In this document: in pieces, positions 31,665 to 40,801 of the stretch
Numbering within the stretch: the first letter of the stretch is position 1
How the letters are laid out: each line of letters begins with the position of its first letter
Source: an uncultured delta proteobacterium
Lineage (GTDB): Bacteria; Bdellovibrionota; FAC87; UBA2466
Direction of reading: 5' to 3'
NCBI GenBank assembly: GCA_963778115.1
Contig: CAVZSV010000004.1
Location: 1,696,001 to 1,760,000, forward strand
DNA length: 64,000 nucleotides
Program-made: the position numbers and the translations under genes
Notes under the pieces: generated by a model
Told to the model about the DNA's origin: nothing
Databases searched by the model: none
What the model saw: the letters and a program-made list of their open reading frames with translations, nothing else

Positions 31665-32648
31665 CTATTTCGGACTTTTTCGTTGCAGTGCTTTCAATAA
31701 CTTTAGCTGGGCGCGATTTTGAATTTGCCTTACTCTTTCATCAGTTATGTTAAGGATCGCGGCAATCTCTTTTCGTGTTTTGGTAACTCCATCTATTCCG
31801 TAGGCCCACTGAAGGATCACTCTCTCCCTATCGTCCAGGGTATCTAAGACGACAATGAGACGCTCTATCGCTTCCCGCCTATCCATCTCCATGTCGACCG
31901 GTGTCTCTTCGACGCCATCGTCGTAAATCTCTACATCTTCAACCCCCTCTTCGTGCTCCTTTTGCTTGTAGTAACGACGCCGTTTGCGCTGCATCTCCTG
32001 GGTGAAGATCCGGCCATAAAAGCTACTAAAGCGAAAACCTCGTTGGTATTCGAATTTTTCGATGGCCCTAAACAGCTCTTCCAAGCCTTCACTGAGCGCT
32101 TCCGGTAAGTCCGAGGCATATCGATTGACGAGACTTTTAACTAAAAGCGTATTAGCGACTATGGCATGGTTTCGAATGTTTTCTGCTTCAGCAAGTTCGT
32201 TTTCAATGACGGCAGCCCCCCTCGCCGTTCGAAGCTTCACGTCAACACGAGCTGCCTCAATTCGAGTGACGGCCCAAAATTTCAAGTAATTCATCCGGGC
32301 AAAAAGCGCTTGTTCCTCTCCCGCGGTGAGAAGTTCAGTATCATAAAGTCCACTCACTTCCGCTTGTCGGCCCGTGGTCTCCCTGGGCAATTTCCCGAAC
32401 GCACTTAGGATTAATTCGTCTCTACAGATTCTAAAGCGGTTATCCGCATCTTCAGCGGTAAATTCCTCGCCGGGTCGAAACGAGATCGATAGATCTAATA
32501 GCACTTTCCAACGAGCATTAAGGACACTTTGAGCTATAGCTTGCTGACTTAAGATACGTCGAACCTCGCCAGGGGTTGGCTCTGAAAAGGCGTGCGACGA
32601 TAGAGCTATCGCGGCGAAATAGGCTAAGAGCCCCAAACGCATTCCCAA
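31665..32648 (-). CDS. Sigma-70-family protein with N-terminal signal-peptide-like sequence
   Basis: Region 2 (ANTLLV, EG, RAIEKFEYQRGFRFSS) and region 4 (LDDRERVIL...ERVRQIQ..A..KL); TAAGGAGG RBS directly before the N-terminus. Confidence 0.85.
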   Translation of the reverse strand: MGMRLGLLAYFAAIALSSHAFSEPTPGEVRRILSQQAIAQSVLNARWKVLLDLSISFRPGEEFTAEDADNRFRICRDELILSAFGKLPRETTGRQAEVSGLYDTELLTAGEEQALFARMNYLKFWAVTRIEAARVDVKLRTARGAAVIENELAEAENIRNHAIVANTLLVKSLVNRYASDLPEALSEGLEELFRAIEKFEYQRGFRFSSFYGRIFTQEMQRKRRRYYKQKEHEEGVEDVEIYDDGVEETPVDMEMDRREAIERLIVVLDTLDDRERVILQWAYGIDGVTKTRKEIAAILNITDERVRQIQNRAQLKLLKALQRKSPK

Positions 32649-32694
32649 CGCTTCCTCCTTAGGGGAAAAGTCATCTCTTTTTCAAAGGGTCTCG

Positions 32695-33138
32695 TCAAGA
32701 GAGTGACGAGTGCGGTTTTAGATGAGCAGAATCCGGTCCCTCGTCGTCATACCTAGGTAGCGAGTCCGAGGTCTCAAACCAGGACACCCGACTTTGGCAC
32801 CATATATGGTAGTCGGGACTAATCGAGTGCGGCTCTTGGATCGTCGACAGGGTTACATCAATGGTATCCGGTTCGTCAGCCACTCGCAGAGTAAGCGGAG
32901 TTCCACACGCCGGACAAAATTGCCTAACTCCGCGATCTGACGTCGAGAAAGTAGAGGGGTTTCCTGAGAGGAACCGAAAATCTTTTCTCCAAAACGTCGA
33001 CCATACGACGACGGGCGCCCCGCAAGTTCGCTGGCATACCTTACAATGGCAGTATCCGGTATCGATAGGATCCCCTTCGATAAAGTACCGGCAATCTCCA
33101 CACCAACAGGAACCTTCATAGCTTTTCATGTCTTCCAA
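32695..33138 (-). CDS. GFA/CENP-V family Zn-binding protein
   Basis: GSCWCG, CHCKVCQR and FCPACGT motifs. Confidence 0.92.
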   Translation of the reverse strand: MEDMKSYEGSCWCGDCRYFIEGDPIDTGYCHCKVCQRTCGAPVVVWSTFWRKDFRFLSGNPSTFSTSDRGVRQFCPACGTPLTLRVADEPDTIDVTLSTIQEPHSISPDYHIWCQSRVSWFETSDSLPRYDDEGPDSAHLKPHSSLS

Positions 33139-33192
33139 GGCCTCCTCCTCGGCTATTTGCGGGGCTTGCTAGTTAGAAAAGAAAGTAAGATG

Positions 33193-33266
33193 CGCGCCAG
33201 GCAGGAGTCGAACCTGCGACCCTCAGATTCGTAGTCTGATACTCTATCCAACTGAGCTACTGGCGC
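33193..33266 (-). tRNA. tRNA-Arg (anticodon ACG); CCA end not encoded
   Basis: GCGCCAG/CTGGCGC acceptor stem, TCAGA-CTACGAA-TCTGA anticodon arm, GGTTCGACTCC T-arm. Confidence 0.97.
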
Positions 33267-33323
33267 ATTGAAGGCTTTTCAGCGGTTTCAGACAATACAC
33301 GATAGTCAGCCTATTCACAAAGT

Positions 33324-34187
33324 CTAATGAATCGCCTGTATTAATGCCTTAAAGTAAGGGGCCATTTGGGGTCTGGGATACCACGCCAACGCACAATCGG
33401 ATTTGAGGCCCCCCGAAGGATGAAGGGGGATAAGCTCTCCCGTCTGAAAATAGGAGCTGGCAATTTCTTCTAATAGGGTTCCATATCCTAACCCTTCTTT
33501 GAGAAGCCTCACCAGTGCTGAATTGTTATTAACGAAATGCCTTTCCTTTTGAACTTGGTCTAGCCATCCATACTTCTCTAAATACTCATGGGTCGTCCGA
33601 TCGGTAGGATCGAAATCGATAATCCGTTCGCTCTTAATGACCTCTTTGATGTGTCGCCCCTTCCACCGCTTGGTCCCGGCCAATACATAGCGTTCCGGAC
33701 GTAGTAGCTTACTGTCCATCTCTTTAGCGACCAGCTTTCTTGGGACTATCGCAAATTCAGCCCTACCCGCTCTTAAATCATCGATGCGACTCTCCAAATC
33801 ATTGGCGTTCAACGTCATCACAAGTTGGGGGTAGGTTTTTAGCAAGGGGGCCAATTGCGAAACGACCCGTGATTCCAAAAGGCTCGTGGACCCGGTCAAT
33901 CGGCAGCGTGCCTCCGTCAATTTTCCTGGACTTTGAATCCTAGCTAAGACCTCCCCCTCTAAGTCTTTGGTGGACTGGCAGTAACGTAAGAGTGATTCTC
34001 CTTCCGCGGTGAGTTTCATCCCTCGCCGTGAGCGGGTGAAAAGCGTAGTGGAGAGACTAGACTCTAGAGCCCTGAGCCTTTGCGTCACTCCGGTTTGGGT
34101 AAGGCCTAATTCTCTAGCGGCCCCATGCACCGTCCCGTTCTTCGCAACCGCCGAAAACGCTTCTAATGTTGGACTTAGTAAACTCAT
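33324..34187 (-). CDS. LysR-family transcriptional regulator
   Basis: AARELGLTQTGVTQRLRALE...LFTRSRRGMKLTAEG HTH. Confidence 0.93.
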   Translation of the reverse strand: MSLLSPTLEAFSAVAKNGTVHGAARELGLTQTGVTQRLRALESSLSTTLFTRSRRGMKLTAEGESLLRYCQSTKDLEGEVLARIQSPGKLTEARCRLTGSTSLLESRVVSQLAPLLKTYPQLVMTLNANDLESRIDDLRAGRAEFAIVPRKLVAKEMDSKLLRPERYVLAGTKRWKGRHIKEVIKSERIIDFDPTDRTTHEYLEKYGWLDQVQKERHFVNNNSALVRLLKEGLGYGTLLEEIASSYFQTGELIPLHPSGGLKSDCALAWYPRPQMAPYFKALIQAIH

Positions 34188-34192
34188 TAATT

Positions 34193-34217
34193 TTCATTAA
34201 TAAATCAATTTAATGAA
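34193..34217. promoter_or_regulatory. AT-rich inverted repeat, candidate LysR binding site
   Basis: TTCATTAA-N9-TTAATGAA between divergent lysR and peroxidase genes. Confidence 0.55.
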
Positions 34218-34283
34218 TTATCAACTTTAATTAACTCTGAGCATATTCAAATCAACCGGCGATAGCCGTGGTTTGGGGGGATA

Positions 34284-35261
34284 ATGAGATTTTTTATTCT
34301 TTTTAATCTTACATTAATTTTTTGCCTTAATAGCCAGGCAAGCCCCTATCTTTTCGAACCGCTTCCCCCGCTACCTCCTATTCCAACCGATAATCCTCAG
34401 ACTCCCAGCAAAATCCATTTAGGAGCTCAACTCTTTTATGACGCTAGAATCTCCAAGAACGGGCAAGTGGCCTGCACCACTTGCCACTACGTCGCAGGTT
34501 CCGGAGAAAACAACCTCTCCTTCTCGGTAAAACCCAATGGCAAGCATAGCCTGCACACCGTTCCTACGGTCTGGAACGCAGCTTATCTGAATCGCTTTTT
34601 CTGGTACGGTTCGGCGAAAAGTCTAGAGGAGCAGGTCTTGGGTCCTCTTGAAGAGATGGGAGGGGGAGACTTAGATGAAATCACAAAACGGGTCTCCGCC
34701 ATTGCGGGCTACCTCCGCGAGTTCAAGGAGGTATTTCCCGGTGAACGTGTCAATATGACCAATATCGCTCGTTCCATTGCCTCTTATGAAAGAACCCTCG
34801 TTACTTCCGATAGCCCGTACGATCACTTCCTTAAAGGAGACGAGGGCGCCATCAGTCCTGCTGCCGTTCAAGGACTTGCGATCTTTGAGAGCATCGGCTG
34901 TGTCTCCTGCCATTCCGGCCCGATGTTAGATGGAGCCAACCGATTTGAAAAATTTCCTCGTTTTCAAGGCAACACTTTTGAAGCCCAGTACCATCTCACT
35001 GACGATCCGGGCCGATGGAATGAGACTAACCAAGAAGCGGATCGCTCGATGTGGCGAGTACCGTCGCTTAGAAACATAGCCCTTACGGCTCCTTACTTTC
35101 ACAACGGTTCCGTTGCTACTTTAGAGCAAGCCATTCGCGTAATGGCCAAGACTCAACTCAATCAGGATCTCTGCGACGAGGAGGTGAGCAAAATCACGGC
35201 CTTTCTCAATTCGCTCACGGGAAAATTTCCCGAACTGTGGCTTCCCCGCCTTCCCCGTTAG
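34284..35261 (+). CDS. Di-heme cytochrome c peroxidase family (CcpA/MauG)
   Basis: CTTCH and CVSCH heme motifs; PSLRNIALTAPYFHNG; signal peptide. Confidence 0.93.
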   Translation: MRFFILFNLTLIFCLNSQASPYLFEPLPPLPPIPTDNPQTPSKIHLGAQLFYDARISKNGQVACTTCHYVAGSGENNLSFSVKPNGKHSLHTVPTVWNAAYLNRFFWYGSAKSLEEQVLGPLEEMGGGDLDEITKRVSAIAGYLREFKEVFPGERVNMTNIARSIASYERTLVTSDSPYDHFLKGDEGAISPAAVQGLAIFESIGCVSCHSGPMLDGANRFEKFPRFQGNTFEAQYHLTDDPGRWNETNQEADRSMWRVPSLRNIALTAPYFHNGSVATLEQAIRVMAKTQLNQDLCDEEVSKITAFLNSLTGKFPELWLPRLPR

Positions 35262-35508
35262 CGGATTTTGGCTTCCCCTCAAGTACTTGAAATAAGGTGA
35301 GTAAATATGCGTCTCTTGACACGCTGTGTTATTTATTTTACAAACGATTCGCAATCGGATCTCATGGGGTGCGGGATTAGTGAAATCTTTCGCTAATTTC
35401 AAAAATGGGTTGAGCACAAGGGGTCTTCCATTGGGAGGTTTCCGATTGATTTAGTCTGAATGGTGATTATGTATTGTGTTAAACGAGAGGCCCATGGAGG
35501 GAAATACT

Positions 35509-36252
35509 ATGTGGTCAAATAAGCTGATGTTCAGTGTCGCTTCCGTGAGCTTGGTGCTCTCGGCAGCATTATTTAATTCAACCAGTTTCGCCGGCGAAGC
35601 CGACGAACGTGTGGCGGCCAGTCAATCTCTTCCTGCGAAACCAGGGGAAGCAATTGGCGTGATCATGGATATCGATACCGACGGTTCGCCGATCATGAAG
35701 CCCTATATGTTGGAAACGGTCCCCGAGGAAAATAAGTCCGCGAAGGTGTATCAAGAGATGGTGCTACAACTTCAGAAGTCGATTGAGACTCTAACGGGAA
35801 AAGAAAAAGAAGCTGCGCAAGCCAAACTCGCCGAGCTTAATCCTAGGAAGGACAAGGCGGTAGCGGCACTTCGTGACGCCATTGAAAAAACTGGCGATAA
35901 GATGGGTGAATTTACCCGTCCGGCCGTTGGATCGCAGGAAGCCGACGAACGAGGCTCTAAAGAACAATGGCATGGTGGCTGGTACGGTGGTTACGGCCGC
36001 GGATTCGGATTCGCGTACGGATACGGCCGATTGGGCTATGGTTACGGATTCGGCATCGGTTACCGCGGCTACGGCTATGGTGGTTACGGCTACGGTGGCT
36101 ACGGCTATCCCTGCTACTACCCATACTACGGCTATGCTAGCTACTATCCGTACGCTTATGGTTATGGCTACGGCGGATACGGCGGCTATGGCTACGGCGG
36201 ATACGGCGGCTATGGCATGTACGGCGTCGGAATGTACGGCGGATACATCTAA
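35509..36252 (+). CDS. Secreted protein with C-terminal Gly/Tyr-rich low-complexity domain
   Basis: GGAGGG RBS; signal peptide ending SFA; charged middle region; GY repeats. Confidence 0.85.
   Translation: MWSNKLMFSVASVSLVLSAALFNSTSFAGEADERVAASQSLPAKPGEAIGVIMDIDTDGSPIMKPYMLETVPEENKSAKVYQEMVLQLQKSIETLTGKEKEAAQAKLAELNPRKDKAVAALRDAIEKTGDKMGEFTRPAVGSQEADERGSKEQWHGGWYGGYGRGFGFAYGYGRLGYGYGFGIGYRGYGYGGYGYGGYGYPCYYPYYGYASYYPYAYGYGYGGYGGYGYGGYGGYGMYGVGMYGGYI
35968..36249 (+). repeat. Low-complexity coding repeats (GGY/GYG)
   Basis: Includes a tandem 24-mer ggctacggcggatacggcggctat x2 at 36166-36213. Confidence 0.85.
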
Positions 36253-36283
36253 GAAGCAACTCGCCTGAGTAAGAGAAGTTTTA

Positions 36284-36320
36284 AGAGGGCTTCTCCCGAT
36301 GGGGGAAGCCCTCCTATTTA
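36284..36320 (+). terminator. Stem-loop with weak U-tract (leaky terminator or mRNA stabiliser)
   Basis: GAGGGCTTCTCCC-gat-GGGGGAAGCCCTC followed by ctatttt. Confidence 0.65.
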
Positions 36321-36411
36321 GTCAAAAGGTTTTGTAATAAGTTTTGCGCGCCCACCGATAGAAGACAAATTCGTTTTGAAGAAAAAAAGTAGTTGTTGGA
36401 GGAAGTCCGTC

Positions 36412-38565
36412 ATGTGGAAGTGGATGAAAGTGTCTGTGGCGCTATTGGCGATGTTTAATAACGTACTGCTTGCGGTTGATCCCGATCTCATCACGATTAA
36501 CTATCAAGATGATACGAAAAAGCAGTTGGGAATCGACAAATATCCTTTTTCACCAGCCTTAGTGACACTCTCCGTGGCCGTCCTAGATAACGGCTTTGGC
36601 CCCAAAGATGATTTAAAGCGTTTCTTACCTGAAGCGGAACTTATCGATCTCTCTCTTAAAGATGGAGAGGGAAACAAATGGCCGAAAGAGCAGAGAGGAA
36701 ATTCTCTTAGCACTGCCACTCACGGCCGCATCATGGCTCAGACCTTCTCCACCTACTCCGGCATTACCAACGTGAAGCTAGTGAATGCGAATGGTTCCAC
36801 GAATCTGGCTCATGCGCTTGATTGGTGTATTGCGCACGGGGTGAAGATAATTCTCTACGCCCAGAGCTGGGAGTTCGGCACGAATCGCGATGGAACCGGT
36901 TTCATCGATCGGCTTTTCCAGAAAGCACTCGACGCAGGCATCATCGTAATCGCTGCCGCGGGTAATTACGAAGGCAAGACTTATAACGGCAAGGTCATTA
37001 CTCGAGATGACGGCTGGTTGCAATTAAAAGACGAAAAAAACATGTGCTTGAAAGTGAAAAGCAACGTCGATGACAATAAAGTAAAGATAGAGCTCACTTG
37101 GAATGACTTCAAGTCCACTGAAACGGGAGGAACGAACAAAGACTTAGATCTGTATCTCTTCGACGAAGATATGAAGCATGTCATTGCTGCAAGCAAGAAG
37201 AAGCAGATTCCTGGCAATATTCCTCGCGAAAAAGGAAGCAACCAAACTTACTTCGCCGACGAAGCTATCGAATTCGATTATCAGAGAACTTCACAAGGGC
37301 CCGATGACTCGGTCAGAACCTCAACCCCTTCGACGGAATCGGAAACGGCTCTTTCATCGCCCGCTGAAGAAGTACCGGCCAATAAAGCGGACGTAGCGGA
37401 ATCGACGCCACCTGCACCGACGACGACTGAAGCACTACCGGCGCAGAAACCGGAGGTCGCTAAAACGACTCCTCCGCCTCCCGGACCTGGAACGGAAACG
37501 GCAAAGAACGCAACTGAGGCGCCTGCAATCGTGGCTCCGTCCGGAGTCGCTCCTGCGCCTGATGCTCCGCCCGCTACTCTGATCGACGATACCAAAGTGT
37601 CAGTGAAGACGGTCGACGAAGCAAATGCGGGCACAAAGACCTCTACTACCGATGAAAAACCGTTCCGGCTTCGCAAGAACACAGACAAAGGTTTTTACTA
37701 CGTCTGCGCCTATAACAACTCGAAAAATTTTAAATCCAACGATCGCATCACGATTACGGTTATTGAAACAAAGGAGCCCGTGCAAAGACATCGCCGGTCT
37801 CCCAAAGTTCCTGCCGTTCAGTTCATTGATGCTACGAAGGGCAAATCTATCTTTGCCCCGGCGGATGACCCACGGGTGATCGCTATCGGCAACACCAAGG
37901 ACTATTCGAGTGTGGGCCCCACGTTTGCCAATTTGACAAAGCCGGACGGTATTTTGGATATCGCCGAGACCATGACTTCGGACGGTTACGTCACTGAAGG
38001 ATCGTCAAACTCTTCAGCCTATTTTGCGGCACAAGTCGCTCGTATGATGTCTCAACGGCCTGATCTAACGGCCATTATGCTCCTCGATAAATTGAAGAAG
38101 CTACGAGAAGAGCCGCAAAATGCGGATGGAATCAAGTCGATTTCGCTCGCTGATTTCTCCAATGCTAGCATCGACAACCGCGCTGCCCTCGATATCGTCA
38201 CGCGCAATAACGGAAACCAAAAGCCGTTATTGGCTGGGCGTTATCCAGACGGACGCTATGTGCTAGCCACTAGTGTAGCGCCGCTCGATTTGGGAATCGG
38301 CACGGACACCTTATTTCCCCAGCCGAAGGAATCGGAGTCGGGAATGAATCTGAGGTACTTCTTGAAGGAGTCTCAAAAAGACATTGCATTTGATGCCGCC
38401 GCAGGCAAGTTCCACGGTGAAATCTTCTTTACCGGCTACACCAGGAAAAAGGTCGAGGACGGCGATGACGTCGATACCGTGCCTATTAACGATATCGAAG
38501 TCAGACAAGCACGCTATGGAAGCGTCTTTGTCGCTCCGACCCCCGACGAATTGGCGAAATGGTAG
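36412..38565 (+). CDS. Secreted S8 subtilase-like peptidase with inserted domain and Pro/Thr-rich linker
   Basis: VAVLDNGF (Asp), THGRIMA (His), AAAGN (oxyanion), YSSVGP..KPD and EGSSNS (Ser); GGAGGA RBS. Confidence 0.8.
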   Translation: MWKWMKVSVALLAMFNNVLLAVDPDLITINYQDDTKKQLGIDKYPFSPALVTLSVAVLDNGFGPKDDLKRFLPEAELIDLSLKDGEGNKWPKEQRGNSLSTATHGRIMAQTFSTYSGITNVKLVNANGSTNLAHALDWCIAHGVKIILYAQSWEFGTNRDGTGFIDRLFQKALDAGIIVIAAAGNYEGKTYNGKVITRDDGWLQLKDEKNMCLKVKSNVDDNKVKIELTWNDFKSTETGGTNKDLDLYLFDEDMKHVIAASKKKQIPGNIPREKGSNQTYFADEAIEFDYQRTSQGPDDSVRTSTPSTESETALSSPAEEVPANKADVAESTPPAPTTTEALPAQKPEVAKTTPPPPGPGTETAKNATEAPAIVAPSGVAPAPDAPPATLIDDTKVSVKTVDEANAGTKTSTTDEKPFRLRKNTDKGFYYVCAYNNSKNFKSNDRITITVIETKEPVQRHRRSPKVPAVQFIDATKGKSIFAPADDPRVIAIGNTKDYSSVGPTFANLTKPDGILDIAETMTSDGYVTEGSSNSSAYFAAQVARMMSQRPDLTAIMLLDKLKKLREEPQNADGIKSISLADFSNASIDNRAALDIVTRNNGNQKPLLAGRYPDGRYVLATSVAPLDLGIGTDTLFPQPKESESGMNLRYFLKESQKDIAFDAAAGKFHGEIFFTGYTRKKVEDGDDVDTVPINDIEVRQARYGSVFVAPTPDELAKW

Positions 38566-38597
38566 CGTGAGCAGTAAAAACCCGGTAATAAAAGCTC

Positions 38598-39107
38598 ATG
38601 CTTTTATCTCCCGAACAGATAGCGACGTTCATGGAGCGGGCACTTCACTTGGCAGGCCTTGCGGCTGAAAAAGATGAAGTTCCCGTAGGTGCTCTGCTGG
38701 TGCGCGACCACCAAGTTATTGGCGAAGGGTTCAACCTGAGAGAATCCTCTCAGCGAACCCTAAGCCATGCGGAGCTAATGGCTCTAGAGTCTTACAATCG
38801 GAAACATTCCCAATGGCGAGTGCCCCCAGAAACTAGCCTTTTCGTCACGGCCGAACCTTGTCTGATGTGTACGGGCGCCCTGTTATGGGCCCGGGTAGAT
38901 CGAATCTATTACGGCTGCCGAGACACCAAAAACGCAGGTATCAGCCGCATTTGGGACCTTATTCAAACAGGCGTCTACGATCACCGCTTTGCCGAGGTGC
39001 GGGGCGGAATACTGGCCGATCGTTGCGCTTCGCTGCTTAGTGGGTATTTTCGCGGCAAACGATCCCACCCCTCGCCTATCGCTGAGCCACGAAGTCCCGT
39101 GGCATAA
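38598..39107 (+). CDS. tadA: tRNA adenosine(34) deaminase
   Basis: DEVPVGA, HAE and EPCLMC motifs. Confidence 0.88.
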   Translation: MLLSPEQIATFMERALHLAGLAAEKDEVPVGALLVRDHQVIGEGFNLRESSQRTLSHAELMALESYNRKHSQWRVPPETSLFVTAEPCLMCTGALLWARVDRIYYGCRDTKNAGISRIWDLIQTGVYDHRFAEVRGGILADRCASLLSGYFRGKRSHPSPIAEPRSPVA

Positions 39108-39151
39108 CCGTTGCATTTTAAATCTCTATTCACTGGTCCGAGGAGGTTCGC

Positions 39152-40345
39152 GTGCCCACCCAAAGACAGCTTTCTCTTTTTTCTCTTTTTCGATTCAAAG
39201 TAGCGCTCGATATTACATGGTTTCTCATCGCGTGGCTCGTAACCTGGTCCTTAGCTAAAGGACTTTTTCCTTATAGCCATCCGGGCTATCCCAACGGGAC
39301 TTATTGGCTGATGGGGTTAGTCTCGGCGATGGGGCTTTTTGCTTCGATCTTATTCCACGAGGTCTGTCATGCGCTGGTAGCAAGGCAAAACGGCCTCCAA
39401 GTCAATCGAATCACTCTTTTTTTGTTTGGCGGAGTGTCCGAACTTCATGAAGAGCCCCTGAGCCCGAAATCGGAATGGCGAATGGCCTCGGTGGGGCCTT
39501 TGTTTAGTTTCGTCTTGGGAGCCGTCTTGGGAGGAATTTACCTGCTGGCGCATAAATGGAATTGGTCTATCCCTGTTCAAGTCGTCATCATGTATTTGGC
39601 CGGAATGAACGTTCTGCTCGCCCTATTTAATCTCATCCCGGCCTTTCCGCTGGATGGCGGGAGAATTTTACGTGCCCTCCTGTGGCAGTGGAAAAAAGAC
39701 CTTACTTGGGCGACCCGTGTTGCTTCGCGAGCGGGAATTGTTTTTGGTCTGCTCTTTGCCGTTTTGGGGGTCGTCGCTTTTTTTAGCGGGAATTTCGTGG
39801 GAGGGCTTTGGTGGTTTTTTATTGGACTCTTGCTACAAGGGGCGGCCAATCGAAGTTATGAACAAGTCCTGGCTCGCGTTACCCTAGCAAAACGTACGGT
39901 CCGCGATCTGGCAAACCTACGACCGCCCACAGTACCCCCTTGGGTAACTTTAAATACCTTGGTTTACGATTACTTTATTCGACTTCGTGTTCGAGAGTTG
40001 CCCGTCCAAGAAAATGAACGCCTCTTAGGACTGGTGACTCTTAGGAGCGTAAAAGCGATCTCCCAGAGAAATTGGAATGCCGTCACCGTTCGAGATGTTT
40101 TGACTCCTGTCAGCGAGGAAAATTCCGTCGCCTCGACTGCCAGCCTTGCCGACGCTTTAAACCTTTTCAGGGGGAGCGGAAATGAGAACTTAATCGTTCT
40201 CGGGGATAACCAGAGATTAGTGGGTATGATCGCTTTACGCGATTTGATGGATTATCTTGTAGTCACTACCGAAACCGGATGTGAAGAGGTTTGCCCCGCC
40301 CCGGGAAAAACGGGAAGCGAAATCACAAGTCGTCAGTCGGCGTGA
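39152..40345 (+). CDS. Site-2 protease (M50) with CBS domains
   Basis: HEVCH and FNLIPAFPLDGG motifs; C-terminal CBS pair. Confidence 0.93.
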   Translation: MPTQRQLSLFSLFRFKVALDITWFLIAWLVTWSLAKGLFPYSHPGYPNGTYWLMGLVSAMGLFASILFHEVCHALVARQNGLQVNRITLFLFGGVSELHEEPLSPKSEWRMASVGPLFSFVLGAVLGGIYLLAHKWNWSIPVQVVIMYLAGMNVLLALFNLIPAFPLDGGRILRALLWQWKKDLTWATRVASRAGIVFGLLFAVLGVVAFFSGNFVGGLWWFFIGLLLQGAANRSYEQVLARVTLAKRTVRDLANLRPPTVPPWVTLNTLVYDYFIRLRVRELPVQENERLLGLVTLRSVKAISQRNWNAVTVRDVLTPVSEENSVASTASLADALNLFRGSGNENLIVLGDNQRLVGMIALRDLMDYLVVTTETGCEEVCPAPGKTGSEITSRQSA

Positions 40346-40346
40346 A

Positions 40347-40772
40347 CTAGTCAGCGATGGCGTGAGAGTAGGTGGAATCAATGGAGCGGAATCTGGATTC
40401 CATCTCATTATGAATTCTTTGCCATTGATCGGCGCTGCTCGTCTTGGAGAGTTTTTTCACCCCTTTCTTAAGAAAACGTATGTCTTTCTGCATTAGAGTG
40501 ACGCTTTCGAGAAGGGCTTCATAAGGTAACGTCTTTTTAGATTTTGCGACTATGACCCGCTGCAATCTTGTGGTTCGTTTTTCCCAGGTCTTTATTCGGG
40601 ATCTTGCATATCTCAAATAGGATTCCCTATTCTGCCTTTCGCTAAGATTAGCAGAGTTCGTTGACTGATTTGCGATTTTGATAATCGCGCTCTCACTGGG
40701 AGTGGCACTTACGCAAAGCCCCAACATCGCTACCAGGACCACAGGGAAAGAAAGTAAAGCAAGCCTTTTCAC
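40347..40772 (-). CDS. Hypothetical secreted helical protein
   Basis: Signal peptide; GGAG RBS. Confidence 0.6.
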   Translation of the reverse strand: MKRLALLSFPVVLVAMLGLCVSATPSESAIIKIANQSTNSANLSERQNRESYLRYARSRIKTWEKRTTRLQRVIVAKSKKTLPYEALLESVTLMQKDIRFLKKGVKKLSKTSSADQWQRIHNEMESRFRSIDSTYSHAIAD

Positions 40773-40801
40773 GCAAGATCAATTCTACTCCACTATCGGA
40801 T

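Noticed and set aside
29000..33266. Genomic island integrated at tRNA-Arg
   Set aside because: No integrase, and I saw no duplicated tRNA 3' end
35968..36249. Possible CRISPR or other non-coding repeat array
   Set aside because: Repeats are in-frame codon repeats with no unique spacers, and no cas genes are present
35873..36268. Thr/Ala-repeat alternative-frame ORF
   Set aside because: Shifted-frame reading of the Gly/Tyr repeats, with no RBS
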